NCBI GenBank assembly: GCA_964526645.1
Contig: CAZGJN010000013.1
Location: forward strand, 2,631 to 66,630
Reading direction: 5' to 3'
DNA from: an uncultured Saprospiraceae bacterium
Lineage (GTDB): Bacteria; Bacteroidota; Bacteroidia; Chitinophagales; Saprospiraceae
Length of the DNA stretch: 64,000 bases
The notes under the pieces were generated by a model. That model made no database searches, was not told the origin of the DNA, and saw nothing but the letters and a program-made list of their open reading frames with translations. The translations under genes and the position numbers were made by a program. Positions 43,480 to 54,063 of this stretch are shown here, piece after piece. The number at the start of each line of letters is the position of its first letter. Position 1 is the first letter of the stretch.

Positions 43480-46149
43480 ATGAAAAAATGTTTTGATTTG
43501 TTCGTTGTATTATTGGTGCTCCTTTCGGCTTGTAATACACAAAAAAATATTCCTGAAACGACAAGAGCGACCGCAGAGGTACCCAATGAAGTGAGAAACC
43601 TGGATACGGTAGTAGTAGCTCCTGAATGGTCGGGTGGGGAAGAACTTCCAGAAGATACAGTCCAAGAAGAGCTTCCCAACACCTTGCCTATTTATAATCC
43701 TAGCAATACGCGCCAAAATGATCTATTGCATACCAAACTGGATATTCGCTTCGATTGGGAAAAGCAGCAAGTAATAGGAAAGGCCACACTGAAATGCAAG
43801 CCTTACTTGCGGGCGGTCAGTTCGATTACCTTAGATGCCAAAGATTTCGAGTTTCAAAAAATTACTTTTGAAGGTAAAAATGAACCCTTGAAATACAAGT
43901 ACGAAAACGGATTACTGGTGATTGATTTGGGGCGCAGTTTTCAAAAAAATGAGGAATATTCGATTTACATTGAGTACATAGCAAGCCCCGCTGAAACGGG
44001 GGGTAGCGAAGCCATTACCTCCGATCAGGGCTTGTTTTTTATTAATCCGAAAGGAGAAGACCCTGAAAAACCCCAACAAATATGGACGCAAGGAGAGACT
44101 AACTGGAATTCCCGCTGGTTTCCGACCATTGATCACCCCAACGAGCGCTGCACGCAAGAGGTTTCGTTGACGGTGGCCGATAAATACACTACGCTTTCCA
44201 ATGGGTTGTTGGTTTCTTCCAAAAAGAATGCCGATGGCACTCGCACCGATTATTGGAAAATGGACAAACCGCATGCGCCCTATCTTTTTATGATTGCAGT
44301 GGGTGAATACGCCGTGGTAAAGGATAAGTGGAAAGATGTTCCACTGGAATATTATGTAGAAAAGAAGTATGCCGACCATGCCAAGGCAATTTTTGCACAT
44401 ACGCCTGAAATGCTGGATTTTTTCTCCACCAAAACGGGCGTGAAATACCCCTGGCAGAAGCTTTCTCAAATCGTAGTGCGTGACTATGTATCCGGGGCAA
44501 TGGAAAATACAACCGCTATCATCTATGGAGAATTTGTTCAAAAAACAAACCGCGAACTGATTGATAATGACAATGACTACATCGTAGCACATGAAATATT
44601 CCATCATTGGTTTGGCGATTATGTCACTTGCGAAAGCTGGGCGAACCTCACCATGAATGAGGGCTTCGCCAACTACAGTGAGTATCTTTGGTTTGAACAC
44701 AAATACGGAGCAGATCGCGCTGATTTCCACTTGCTTAATGAATGGAGTGGCTACATCGGCTCGGCGGGCGGCGGCAATGTGCACCCGCTTATCCACTTTG
44801 GCTACAATAACAACGAAGATATGTTTGACGCACACAGCTACAATAAAGGCGGTGCGACCTTGCACATGCTGCGAAACTATGTAGGCGACGAGGCTTTCTG
44901 GATGGCGCTCAACAAATACTTGATGGACAACGCCTACAAATCAGTGGAAGTCCATAACCTCCGATTGGCTTTTGAAGAAGTGACCGGCGAAGACCTCAAC
45001 TGGTTTTTCAATCAATGGTACCTGGCTGCCGGGCATCCGATTTTGAATATCAATTACGCCTATGACGAAGCAAGCCAACTGGTGAGCCTAACCGTTGAAC
45101 AACAACAAAGCACAAAAGGAGGGGTACCAGCTATTTTTCAACTCCCTGTGAATGTAGATATTTATACCGCTGAAGGTACACCCCAAAGAACGCGCATCTG
45201 GGTAAACGAACGCAATCAAACCTTTACTTTTCCAATAAGCCAAAAACCGAAGTTGGTGACTTTTGATGCGGATAGGATGTTGCTTTGCGAAAAAACAGAG
45301 AACAAAACCGAGGAAGAATATATTTTCCAGTTTTATAATACGCCAAAGTTCTATGACCGTTATGAGGCGCTTACAGCATTGATAGAAAGTGAAAACCCAG
45401 CAGCAAAGGACCTCATGCGAGCCGGGCTAAAAGACAAATTTTGGGTGATTCGGGCAATAGCGCTTAATCAGCTTTTGAAAGAAGACATAGACCAAGCTAC
45501 TAAAGCCGTCTTGCTCAATATCGCTGCCAATGATCCTAATGCCCAAATGCGCATGAGTGCTATTGATAAGCTCGCGGAATTGGGAGATGAAGCCTTGCTT
45601 GAAATCGCTAAAAAAGCAGTGGAAAAAGATTCTGCTTACAATGTGATCGCTTCAGGGTTGCAGGCACTCTCGGCCCTTGAGCCGCAAACGGCGCTCGAGT
45701 ATGCAAAAAAGCTGGAAAATGTGAAAAACGATGATATCCTGCTGGTGGTGAGTAATGTGTATGGGGAAAATGGCAGTGCTCAAAACTTAGCTTTTTTTGA
45801 AAGGAATTTTGAAAATACCGATGGCTACACGGCGCTCTATTTTATTGAAAATTACCAAAAGTTATTCAAAAAAGGGGAAGATGCCACGCTTTGGGCTGGT
45901 GTAGAAAACCTGAAAAAAATGGCATTGGATCAGAAACAAAGTCTCTGGCGCAGATTTGCTTCTACCAAATCGCTCAACGATTTGCGCAATGAGTGCAATG
46001 CTGCTGCAAAAGAGCAAAGTGATAGCGCCCAAAAGGAAAAACTAATGACTCAGGTGACCAAGCTTTCGGAAATAATCGAGGCAATTAAAAGCACAGAGAC
46101 CAATAGCCAACTGATTGCTTTGTATGGCCAAATGATTATTAATGAATGA
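43480..46149 (+). CDS. pepN: M1-family aminopeptidase (aminopeptidase N-like) with C-terminal HEAT-like repeats
   Basis: 'SGAMENTT', 'HEIFHHWFGD', 'NEGFANYSE'. The likely start is the ATG at 43480 ('MKKCFDLFVVLLVLLSAC'). Confidence 0.9.
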   Translation: MKKCFDLFVVLLVLLSACNTQKNIPETTRATAEVPNEVRNLDTVVVAPEWSGGEELPEDTVQEELPNTLPIYNPSNTRQNDLLHTKLDIRFDWEKQQVIGKATLKCKPYLRAVSSITLDAKDFEFQKITFEGKNEPLKYKYENGLLVIDLGRSFQKNEEYSIYIEYIASPAETGGSEAITSDQGLFFINPKGEDPEKPQQIWTQGETNWNSRWFPTIDHPNERCTQEVSLTVADKYTTLSNGLLVSSKKNADGTRTDYWKMDKPHAPYLFMIAVGEYAVVKDKWKDVPLEYYVEKKYADHAKAIFAHTPEMLDFFSTKTGVKYPWQKLSQIVVRDYVSGAMENTTAIIYGEFVQKTNRELIDNDNDYIVAHEIFHHWFGDYVTCESWANLTMNEGFANYSEYLWFEHKYGADRADFHLLNEWSGYIGSAGGGNVHPLIHFGYNNNEDMFDAHSYNKGGATLHMLRNYVGDEAFWMALNKYLMDNAYKSVEVHNLRLAFEEVTGEDLNWFFNQWYLAAGHPILNINYAYDEASQLVSLTVEQQQSTKGGVPAIFQLPVNVDIYTAEGTPQRTRIWVNERNQTFTFPISQKPKLVTFDADRMLLCEKTENKTEEEYIFQFYNTPKFYDRYEALTALIESENPAAKDLMRAGLKDKFWVIRAIALNQLLKEDIDQATKAVLLNIAANDPNAQMRMSAIDKLAELGDEALLEIAKKAVEKDSAYNVIASGLQALSALEPQTALEYAKKLENVKNDDILLVVSNVYGENGSAQNLAFFERNFENTDGYTALYFIENYQKLFKKGEDATLWAGVENLKKMALDQKQSLWRRFASTKSLNDLRNECNAAAKEQSDSAQKEKLMTQVTKLSEIIEAIKSTETNSQLIALYGQMIINE

Positions 46150-46210
46150 AATACAAAGGTTAAATTTTCGACATTTTTCTCATCTATCTATCCATTTTTT
46201 ATAAATAGAA

Positions 46211-46242
46211 ATGCGCCTGGCAATGTAGATTGCCAGGCGCAT
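46211..46242. terminator. bidirectional rho-independent terminator between convergent genes
   Basis: Perfect 14-bp stem ATGCGCCTGGCAAT / ATTGCCAGGCGCAT with loop GTAG, followed by CTTTGTTT. Confidence 0.8.
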
Positions 46243-46258
46243 CTTTGTTTGAAAGATT

Positions 46259-48394
46259 TTATTTTATCGAAATGACATCATGCATAATGTACAGTGCCTC
46301 CTTAAGGTAAATATCCTTGGATACAGCATCAATCAAATCTTTGTATTCAGCTGCCTCCACCGCAACATCTGCATTTGCCAAGGGTTGCGTTCCTGCACCA
46401 ACGCTTCGAACCCCCTTGATCACCGTGTTTTTGAAAAGTTCTCGATATTCCTTATTTTGTTCTTTTCGGGCTTCCTCCATGGCCAGGTAGCGTTCCATCT
46501 GAAGCGGATAGGAAGTCTCCTTGCGTTGCTGCTGCACTCGCCTTGCATTTTGATCTATCTTTTTGAAAAGATCACTCTGTGCGATTCTATTCTCGCTATT
46601 TGCCTTGATCTCCTTTAGCTTATGAATTTTATAAACATTTTGGCTATAATTCAAACCCTTTATCTGCGTCCAGGGCAAGGGATTTTTCTCTTCTTCTTCA
46701 ATAATGTTGATGTAAGAATAATTATCGGGCAAAATAATATCAGGTGTAACGCCCTTCAGTTGCGTAGAACTACCATTTATCCGATAAAATTTTTGCATCG
46801 TTACCTTCACTTCGCCCAGCGGTTTTAGTTCTTCAAAACCGCGCACCCCTCTGTCGAGATTGATAAAACGCTGTACCGTACCCTTGCCATAAGTGGATTT
46901 GCTACCCACAATGATCGCCCTGCCGTAATCCTGCAAAGCACCCGCCAAAATCTCGGAAGCAGAAGCACTAAAAGAATTGACCATCACAACCAGCGGCCCA
47001 TTGTATTGCACCTGGGGGTTCTGGTCCTCCAGAATTTCTGGCTCACTGTCCTTTGATTTCACCTGAACGATGGGCCCTTTTTCAATAAAAAAACCTGACA
47101 TTTCGACGGCCTCGTATAGCGCCCCGCCCGTATTGTTGCGCAAATCAAGGATGATACCATTTACATTTTCGGCTTTTAATTTTTCCAGTTCGGCTGCCAC
47201 ATCTTTTGCACAAAAGCGACCATTGGCATCATCGAAATTAGCGTAGAACTTGGGCAAAAAGATGTACCCGATTTTTTCGCCCTCATTAGCACCGTCTATG
47301 ATGAGCGACTTTGCAAAACTCTCTTCCAGCACTACCAAATCCCTGATAATGACAATATCTTTGATCGTCCCATCTGTTTTTTTCACGTTGAGACGCACTT
47401 TTGTCCCTTTTTTTCCTCTGATGAGTTGCACCACATCATCGCCATTCATACCAACTACATCCTTGAACTCTCCGTCGCCTTGCGCCACCTTCAGAATCAC
47501 ATCGTTTTCTTGCAATTCCTTCCCTTTCCAGGCGGGTCCCCCCACCACGATTTCCGAAACTTTTGTGTAATCTCCAATAGTGAGCAATCTTGCTCCAATA
47601 CCCTCCAATTGACCATAGAAGTCAATCTCAAATCGCTGTTTTTCAACAGGTTCGAAGTAAATGGATTGCGGGTCAAAAATATTGGTAAACGCCGTGAGAT
47701 AATCCCCAAACCGCGAAGAACGCTTGATTTTCTTAAAATTGCTAAAGCGCAAATCCATGTTTTCCAAAACCTTGGCGCGTGCTTCTTTCTCAATCTCAGC
47801 TAATGGTATATTATTACCCTCTTCTCCTGCTTCTTTCATGCCTTCCAGCTTATCTGCTACACGGCTCAATACTTCGAATTTTAGATACTTGCGCCAGTAT
47901 TCCTTCAGTTCTTTCTCATTGGCAGCAAAAGGACGTTTATCGCCACTCAATTCCACATATTCTTCGGTAGAAAAATCAAAAGGCTGGGCAAGAATCTCCT
48001 TATAAAATGTCTGCGCGCGATTGATCCCATTATCGAGTAAAGATAAAGAAAGATCAAAAAAATCATGATTACTGGCGAGCAACTGGTCGTCCAGATTTTT
48101 TTTATGAACACTCAGGCGATTGACTTCTTCCTGGGTGAGGAAATTGCGCCCGCTGTCAATCCGATCGAGGTATAAATCATATAATTTTTCCGAAAATTTG
48201 TCATCTAAAACCTGCGGCTGAAAGTGCGCCTGATTCATTACACTTAAAACAATCCGCATTAGCACAGCCTCTTTCTCCTGGGGATCCGCTTTGGGATAAA
48301 AAGCTGCTACAATCAGGGTGACTACCAACACCGAGAAGAATATCGGTCCTCTCAATTTCATAAGTTTTCGTTTTACAGATGTGAAAAAAGACAT
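46259..48394 (-). CDS. S41-family carboxy-terminal processing (tail-specific) peptidase
   Basis: PDZ region followed by 'LDLRNNTGGAL', 'VNSFSASASEILAGALQDYGRA' and 'TYGKGTVQ'. Confidence 0.85.
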   Translation of the reverse strand: MSFFTSVKRKLMKLRGPIFFSVLVVTLIVAAFYPKADPQEKEAVLMRIVLSVMNQAHFQPQVLDDKFSEKLYDLYLDRIDSGRNFLTQEEVNRLSVHKKNLDDQLLASNHDFFDLSLSLLDNGINRAQTFYKEILAQPFDFSTEEYVELSGDKRPFAANEKELKEYWRKYLKFEVLSRVADKLEGMKEAGEEGNNIPLAEIEKEARAKVLENMDLRFSNFKKIKRSSRFGDYLTAFTNIFDPQSIYFEPVEKQRFEIDFYGQLEGIGARLLTIGDYTKVSEIVVGGPAWKGKELQENDVILKVAQGDGEFKDVVGMNGDDVVQLIRGKKGTKVRLNVKKTDGTIKDIVIIRDLVVLEESFAKSLIIDGANEGEKIGYIFLPKFYANFDDANGRFCAKDVAAELEKLKAENVNGIILDLRNNTGGALYEAVEMSGFFIEKGPIVQVKSKDSEPEILEDQNPQVQYNGPLVVMVNSFSASASEILAGALQDYGRAIIVGSKSTYGKGTVQRFINLDRGVRGFEELKPLGEVKVTMQKFYRINGSSTQLKGVTPDIILPDNYSYINIIEEEEKNPLPWTQIKGLNYSQNVYKIHKLKEIKANSENRIAQSDLFKKIDQNARRVQQQRKETSYPLQMERYLAMEEARKEQNKEYRELFKNTVIKGVRSVGAGTQPLANADVAVEAAEYKDLIDAVSKDIYLKEALYIMHDVISIK

Positions 48395-48657
48395 TTGCTA
48401 TGATTCAAAATGTTGCATAATAACGTTGAATCTCCAATAAAGATATTGTTTTTGATTAAAATGTTTGGCGATAATCAGGCCAATGGCGTTTTTAACAAAA
48501 CAATAACAGCGTTTTCTTGCTATCCATTTAAAAGTGGAGCTTTAGGCTAAAAGGGATTGTAAAAATACAATCTTTTGGAGAGTAACGCAAGTATCAAACA
48601 AAAACGCCCCATCCAGAAGGAAGAGGCGATTTTGCTATTTCGGGTGATGTTTGTTTT

Positions 48658-50844
48658 TTATAGCAATGGCGCAATCACCAAGGCTACAACTGACATCAAT
48701 TTCAAAAGAATATTCAGGGATGGACCCGATGTATCCTTAAATGGATCACCTACGGTATCGCCTACTACAGCTGCTTTGTGTGGTGCAGAGCCTTTGTAGA
48801 AGACTTCCCCTTTGATGGTTACCCCTTCTTCAAACATTTTTTTCGCGTTATCCCAAGCGCCACCTGCGTTGGATTGGAAAATGGCCATCAAAACCCCTGA
48901 AACAGTCACCCCTGCCAACAAGCCACCCAACATCTCGGAACCGCCAAGAAATCCAACTAACACAGGTGCTGCTACTGCTAACAAACCCGGCAAAACCATT
49001 TCGCGAATTGCAGCACGGGTAGAAATGTCCACACACTTGCCGTATTCAGCTTTGCCATCGGCTTCTTCGAATGTATTGCGATCTGCTTCATTCCACTCGC
49101 TCATTTCCTTGCCCTCATTTTTAAGCATGACTGCCAAAGCTGCTTTCAAAGCTGGAATCTCTCTAAACTGGCGGCGTACCTCGTCAATCATGCGCTCTGC
49201 GGCACGCCCTACTGCTTGCATGGCTAAGGCAGAAAATACAAATGGCAACATCCCCCCGATGAGCAAACCAGCCATCACAACCGCCTTGGAAATGTCAATA
49301 CTGGCAATATTAGCCGAAGTCATATATGCCCCAAAAAGCGCCAGGGCAGTCAGAGCAGCAGACGCAATTGCAAATCCTTTTCCAATCGCAGCAGTCGTAT
49401 TGCCTACGGCATCCAATTTGTCGGTACGCTTACGCACTTCTTTTGGCAATTCACTCATTTCTGCAATACCGCCTGCATTATCCGAAATGGGTCCATACGC
49501 ATCTACCGCCAATTGAATGCCGAGGTTGGACAACATACCCACCGCAGCGATAGCAATACCATACAAACCCGCCACGTTAAATGCTAAAATGATGGAAATC
49601 GCAATAATGATGATCGGAATCGCTGTAGAAATCATCCCTACGCCCAATCCTGCGATGATATTCGTGGCCGCCCCTGTGGATGACTGGCGCACAATGTTTA
49701 GCACTGGGCGCTTACCTGTGCCCGTGTAGTACTCCGTAATCATGCCCACCAACAAACCTGCGACCAAGCCAATGATAGTGGCAAAAAAGACATTAGTGGA
49801 AGTCATCTCGCGAGTAACGCCGTAGAGCTTGTCTTCAAATATCCATTCCGCTGGCAAAACACCTTTGATGATGAACCAGGAAGCAATAATCATTACGATA
49901 GAAGAACCGAATTCTCCGATATTCAAAGCCCGCTGCGGACTGCCCCCTTCTTTCACCCTTACGAAAAAAGTACCGATAATGGAGGTCACAATGCCTGCGC
50001 CTGCCAAAATCAGTGGCAACAACACCGCTGAAAGTCCATTAAAATCATCCGAAAAAGTAGAGCTGGTCATAAATACAGCACCCAACACCATGGTGGAAAC
50101 GATAGAACCAACGTAAGATTCAAACAAATCGGCACCCATGCCTGCCACGTCACCTACATTGTCGCCTACGTTGTCAGCAATAGTAGCGGGATTCAAAGGG
50201 TGATCTTCCGGGATGCCGGCTTCCACTTTGCCTACAAGGTCTGCCCCTACGTCTGCTGCTTTGGTATAAATACCGCCGCCTACCCTTGCAAATAAAGCAA
50301 TGGAAGAAGCCCCAAAAGAAAAACCTGTGATAACTGTGATCACGCGGTTTACATCATCATAAGTACCATTTCCAAACATGTAGCTATAAACAATAAACAA
50401 CACACTCAATCCTAACACACCCAAACCTACTACACCCATCCCCATCACAGAACCACCGGCAAAAGCGATCTCCAGCGCCTTGCCCAGACTAACGCGCGCT
50501 GCATTGGTCGTACGCACATTGGCTTTCGTAGCTACACGCATCCCAATAAAACCTGCCAATGCAGAACAAAAAGCACCTAAAATAAACGATACCGCTACCA
50601 ATGGCGAAGAATCCGGTGTGTTCCCGCTCAAGCCTAATAGAATCGCAACTGCCCCAACAAAAATGGCGAGAATACGATATTCCGCCTTCAAAAATGCCAT
50701 GGCACCCTCTGCGATTGCATTTGCAATTTTTTTCATTTTGTCACTACCAGCATCCTGCCGATTGACCCAAGCTGTTTTCCATAAGGTGTACAACAAAGCA
50801 AGTATGCCAAAAGCCGGAATCACATAAGTAATTGTAGCACTCAT
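48658..50844 (-). CDS. hppA: membrane-bound ion-translocating pyrophosphatase, K+-dependent subtype signature
   Basis: '[20 protein letters not shown]'. '[13 protein letters not shown]' has Ala rather than Lys after GNTT, which marks the K+-dependent type. '[16 protein letters not shown]'. Confidence 0.95.
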   Translation of the reverse strand: MSATITYVIPAFGILALLYTLWKTAWVNRQDAGSDKMKKIANAIAEGAMAFLKAEYRILAIFVGAVAILLGLSGNTPDSSPLVAVSFILGAFCSALAGFIGMRVATKANVRTTNAARVSLGKALEIAFAGGSVMGMGVVGLGVLGLSVLFIVYSYMFGNGTYDDVNRVITVITGFSFGASSIALFARVGGGIYTKAADVGADLVGKVEAGIPEDHPLNPATIADNVGDNVGDVAGMGADLFESYVGSIVSTMVLGAVFMTSSTFSDDFNGLSAVLLPLILAGAGIVTSIIGTFFVRVKEGGSPQRALNIGEFGSSIVMIIASWFIIKGVLPAEWIFEDKLYGVTREMTSTNVFFATIIGLVAGLLVGMITEYYTGTGKRPVLNIVRQSSTGAATNIIAGLGVGMISTAIPIIIIAISIILAFNVAGLYGIAIAAVGMLSNLGIQLAVDAYGPISDNAGGIAEMSELPKEVRKRTDKLDAVGNTTAAIGKGFAIASAALTALALFGAYMTSANIASIDISKAVVMAGLLIGGMLPFVFSALAMQAVGRAAERMIDEVRRQFREIPALKAALAVMLKNEGKEMSEWNEADRNTFEEADGKAEYGKCVDISTRAAIREMVLPGLLAVAAPVLVGFLGGSEMLGGLLAGVTVSGVLMAIFQSNAGGAWDNAKKMFEEGVTIKGEVFYKGSAPHKAAVVGDTVGDPFKDTSGPSLNILLKLMSVVALVIAPLL

Positions 50845-51056
50845 ACGAGTCTCTTTTTAAGTTTTCGTGGTGAAATTTTAGTTACGCGCTGAAGGTTGGA
50901 AGCTTCCTTCTATAAGGTCACAAAAGCTTACAACAAATCGCATTTTTAAAAATACGCCCGCAAAAGTAAATCAATATTTTGGCTTGTCCAAACGAAATAA
51001 GGGATTGAAATACAGGATGATTTTATAAATGGCGATAATCTTCATCCGAAAATAGA

Positions 51057-53915
51057 TCAATACCCAAATACCTGCTCCATACTCAGCTCTTCTACAGTGC
51101 CGAATTGATCAAAATAAGGCAAATCCACTTCTTTTTTGCTGCCCAATATCAGAAAAGTATAAGCCCTGCCTTTGATATATTGCTGGTGGAAAGCTGCTAA
51201 GGTTTTGGCATCTGCCTGTTGCATGGTTTCATACAAATCGCGGCGCAAATCGTGCTCATAGCCTAAATCCCTCACTGCCCTGGATTCCCAATACAGGTTG
51301 CGCGGGGTGATGCGCTCACTCTCTATCCTTTTTAGAATAGATAACTTGGCATTTTCTATCTGATTTTCTACAAAAGGCATGTTTTCCATAATATGCAGCA
51401 TGGCAGGGACAGCGTCCGAAATTTTATCCGGTTGGGTACCTACATACGCTTGCAGGTAGTGCGACAAATCTTTTTTGCGCGGGGAGGTGTAAAAAGCATA
51501 GGTGGAATAAGCCAAGGCCTTGGATTCCCGAATCTCTTGAAAAACAATGGAAGATAAGCCATAGCCGAAGTAATCATTGTACAATTCCCGCATCACATGC
51601 TCTTCCAGGTTGAAAAATGGCGTTCCTTTTGAAACCAACATGATGTCCGTTTGTACAATCGGAAATTCAAGAAAAAACACGCGATTTTGTGTTGTTTCTA
51701 CCTGCGTGAAAGCCCTCGGCAGCAGGGTATCTTGCCTTGTACCTACCTGGTGGCACTGCTCCAGCAATCGAGCCACCTCTTCCATTGGCTTTTGACCATA
51801 ATAATAAATGCGGTGCTCAAAAGAGGTCAAGGTGTGGATGCGATGTGTCAATTCCGTAGCTTGTAGCTGCTGAAGTGCCGCTTGTGGCAAGCGATAGGCA
51901 AAGGGCGAATCCGTACCGTACCGCGCATAGCTGCCCAGCGCATCGCGCAGAATCACATTCCGATCTTTTTTGGCATTGTCCCTTTTTGTCAGAATATCGG
52001 CGATCATATTTTGCAAAGCAGGCGTATCTTCCTGCACGCTGGCGAGCACATGCTCAAAAAGCTGGATGCCTTCCTGGAGGGATTCCTCCAGACCAGAGAG
52101 GGTCACATAAGCCCGTTCGTCGCCGCAATACACATCAAAAGATAATCCCAGCCGATAAAACTCCTGCTGCAAGCGCGCCGGCGTATAACGAACTGTGCCC
52201 AAGTAAGGGAGGTATTGCAAGGCCAGCGCCAGTTTCAAATCGCTGTTTTTGCCCATTTCAAAAATGTAATCGAGCCGGAAAAGTGGATTTTGAGCATTGT
52301 AAACATAATCCAATTGTAATCCATTCGGAAGGTGCATCCGCTGAATATGGTTTTCAAAATCAACGAATTGGGGTGTCAATCGCGGCACGATCCTGGATAG
52401 AAAAGTGCTGGCAAAAGGCGTGACGGCTTCCCGATTCAATTCTACGGGTGTGATTGGGGGTTTTTGTACCCGAATTACGTTGGGGTCTTCGCCTTGTTTT
52501 TTATAAACAACTGCGTAATTTTTATCTACTTTTTTGCTAACAAAATCCATTATTTGCTGCTTGGTGAGTCCTTTCATTTCATCCAGATGCCGCACAAATA
52601 CAGCCCAATCCACACCTTGCACATAAGCATTCGCCATGGCACTAACCCTTGCCTGGTTGGATTCCCCTTCGCGCCACTCTTCCAGGCGGTAGTTTTTGAC
52701 AATGGCATCTATCAGCCAATCTTCAAAATCTCCTTGCTGAAGCTTCTCCACTATTGAAAACAAGAGTGCCTCTACTTCTTCAAGGGATTGCCCTTCTCGG
52801 GGTTGCCCATACAAACCCAGCAATGAGTAATCTTCCAGTAGCCAATGCCAGGCTTCCGATTCTAGTATTTTTTGCTGCTGGTTCAGATGAATGTCCATCA
52901 AGCCTGCCTGCTGGTTGTACAGCAAACTTTTGATGAGTACTAATAGCAGCGCATCTTCCGACCGGCTTCCGCCCAATCGCCAAGCCATTTCTACATACGG
53001 CGCTTCTTTGCCAAACACCTCCCTGCGAATCGGTGCTTCAATAGGCGGCTGGGGTTCGAATACGAAAGGCGGAATTGGCTTTGCCTGGTAATCTCCAAAA
53101 TACTGCTCTGCCAGGGCAACTGCCTCGTCCGGTTCAAAATCACCTGCCAATATGATCGCCATGTTATTCGGCACATAGTACTGCTGGAAATATTCCTGAA
53201 TTTTGACGTGAGAAGGATTTTTTAAATGCTCTGGGCTGCCAATCGTAGTTTGAGTGCCATAAGGATGGCTTGGGAAAAGCATTTCCCGAAGGGCTTTATT
53301 CACTTTTCTAAAATCAGAATCTTGCCCGATGTTAAATTCTTCGTACACCGTTTCCAGTTCCGTGTGAAAAAGACGCAGCGCCAACAGGCGGAAGCGTTCT
53401 GATTCCAGTATCATCCAGCGCTCCAGTTCGTTGGAAGGAATATCGTTGATGTAAATAACACGCTCCAGCCAGGTATTGGCATTGGTATCTGTAGCGCCGA
53501 TGGCAGTAGCCAGCTTGTCGTATTCATTGGGTGCCACCAATTTGGCTGCTTCAAAAGAGACCTGATCAATTTCAGCGTAGATTTTTTTGCGATCCGCTTC
53601 GTCCGTCGCTTGGCGATGCTGTTCGTACAAATCTGAAATTTTATCGAGCAGCACTTTCTCTTGTTCCCAATCCATGGCCCCGATATGGCTGGTACCTTTG
53701 AAAAACATGTGCTCCATATAATGCGCCAACCCCGTAGCATCCGCCGGATCATGCTTAGAACCTGCCCTGACGACAATATTGGTGTAAATACGCGGCTCGT
53801 TGGGATTTACGCTGAGGAATAACTTCAGACCATTGGAAAGCGTATAAATTTTTACATTAAAAGGATCATTGGGCGTAGTTTGAAAGGTATATTGTTTCAA
53901 TTGGGTGTCCGTCAT
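51057..53915 (-). CDS. M16-family (insulinase/pitrilysin-like) tandem-domain zinc peptidase
   Basis: 'GLAHYMEHMFFKGT' (HxxEH). The 952-aa length fits a double M16 unit. Confidence 0.85.
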   Translation of the reverse strand: MTDTQLKQYTFQTTPNDPFNVKIYTLSNGLKLFLSVNPNEPRIYTNIVVRAGSKHDPADATGLAHYMEHMFFKGTSHIGAMDWEQEKVLLDKISDLYEQHRQATDEADRKKIYAEIDQVSFEAAKLVAPNEYDKLATAIGATDTNANTWLERVIYINDIPSNELERWMILESERFRLLALRLFHTELETVYEEFNIGQDSDFRKVNKALREMLFPSHPYGTQTTIGSPEHLKNPSHVKIQEYFQQYYVPNNMAIILAGDFEPDEAVALAEQYFGDYQAKPIPPFVFEPQPPIEAPIRREVFGKEAPYVEMAWRLGGSRSEDALLLVLIKSLLYNQQAGLMDIHLNQQQKILESEAWHWLLEDYSLLGLYGQPREGQSLEEVEALLFSIVEKLQQGDFEDWLIDAIVKNYRLEEWREGESNQARVSAMANAYVQGVDWAVFVRHLDEMKGLTKQQIMDFVSKKVDKNYAVVYKKQGEDPNVIRVQKPPITPVELNREAVTPFASTFLSRIVPRLTPQFVDFENHIQRMHLPNGLQLDYVYNAQNPLFRLDYIFEMGKNSDLKLALALQYLPYLGTVRYTPARLQQEFYRLGLSFDVYCGDERAYVTLSGLEESLQEGIQLFEHVLASVQEDTPALQNMIADILTKRDNAKKDRNVILRDALGSYARYGTDSPFAYRLPQAALQQLQATELTHRIHTLTSFEHRIYYYGQKPMEEVARLLEQCHQVGTRQDTLLPRAFTQVETTQNRVFFLEFPIVQTDIMLVSKGTPFFNLEEHVMRELYNDYFGYGLSSIVFQEIRESKALAYSTYAFYTSPRKKDLSHYLQAYVGTQPDKISDAVPAMLHIMENMPFVENQIENAKLSILKRIESERITPRNLYWESRAVRDLGYEHDLRRDLYETMQQADAKTLAAFHQQYIKGRAYTFLILGSKKEVDLPYFDQFGTVEELSMEQVFGY

Positions 53916-54063
53916 TTTGTTTTAATTGATGATTTTGTTAGCCACAGGTGTAATTCAAGTAAGCAAACGATACCATTATAAAAAAGGTTGCCAAAGACAC
54001 CTGTTCAGAGATACCCTTGGCAATATTTTGATTTTTTAGATTTTCGATTGGCAGCAAGCCAAA

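Noticed and set aside
48555-48572. A GATTGTA-aaaa-TACAATC hairpin between hppA and the S41 peptidase gene.
   Set aside because: It is a perfect 7-bp stem, but there is no adjacent U-run on the transcribed (minus) strand. It could be a weak terminator or a protein-binding site, and the support is insufficient.
53990-54063. A TTGCCAA...TTGGCAA hairpin downstream of the TPR/PD40 gene, considered as a terminator.
   Set aside because: The stem is only 7 bp with a ~20-nt loop. It has a T-run on the relevant strand, but the predicted stability is too weak to call confidently.
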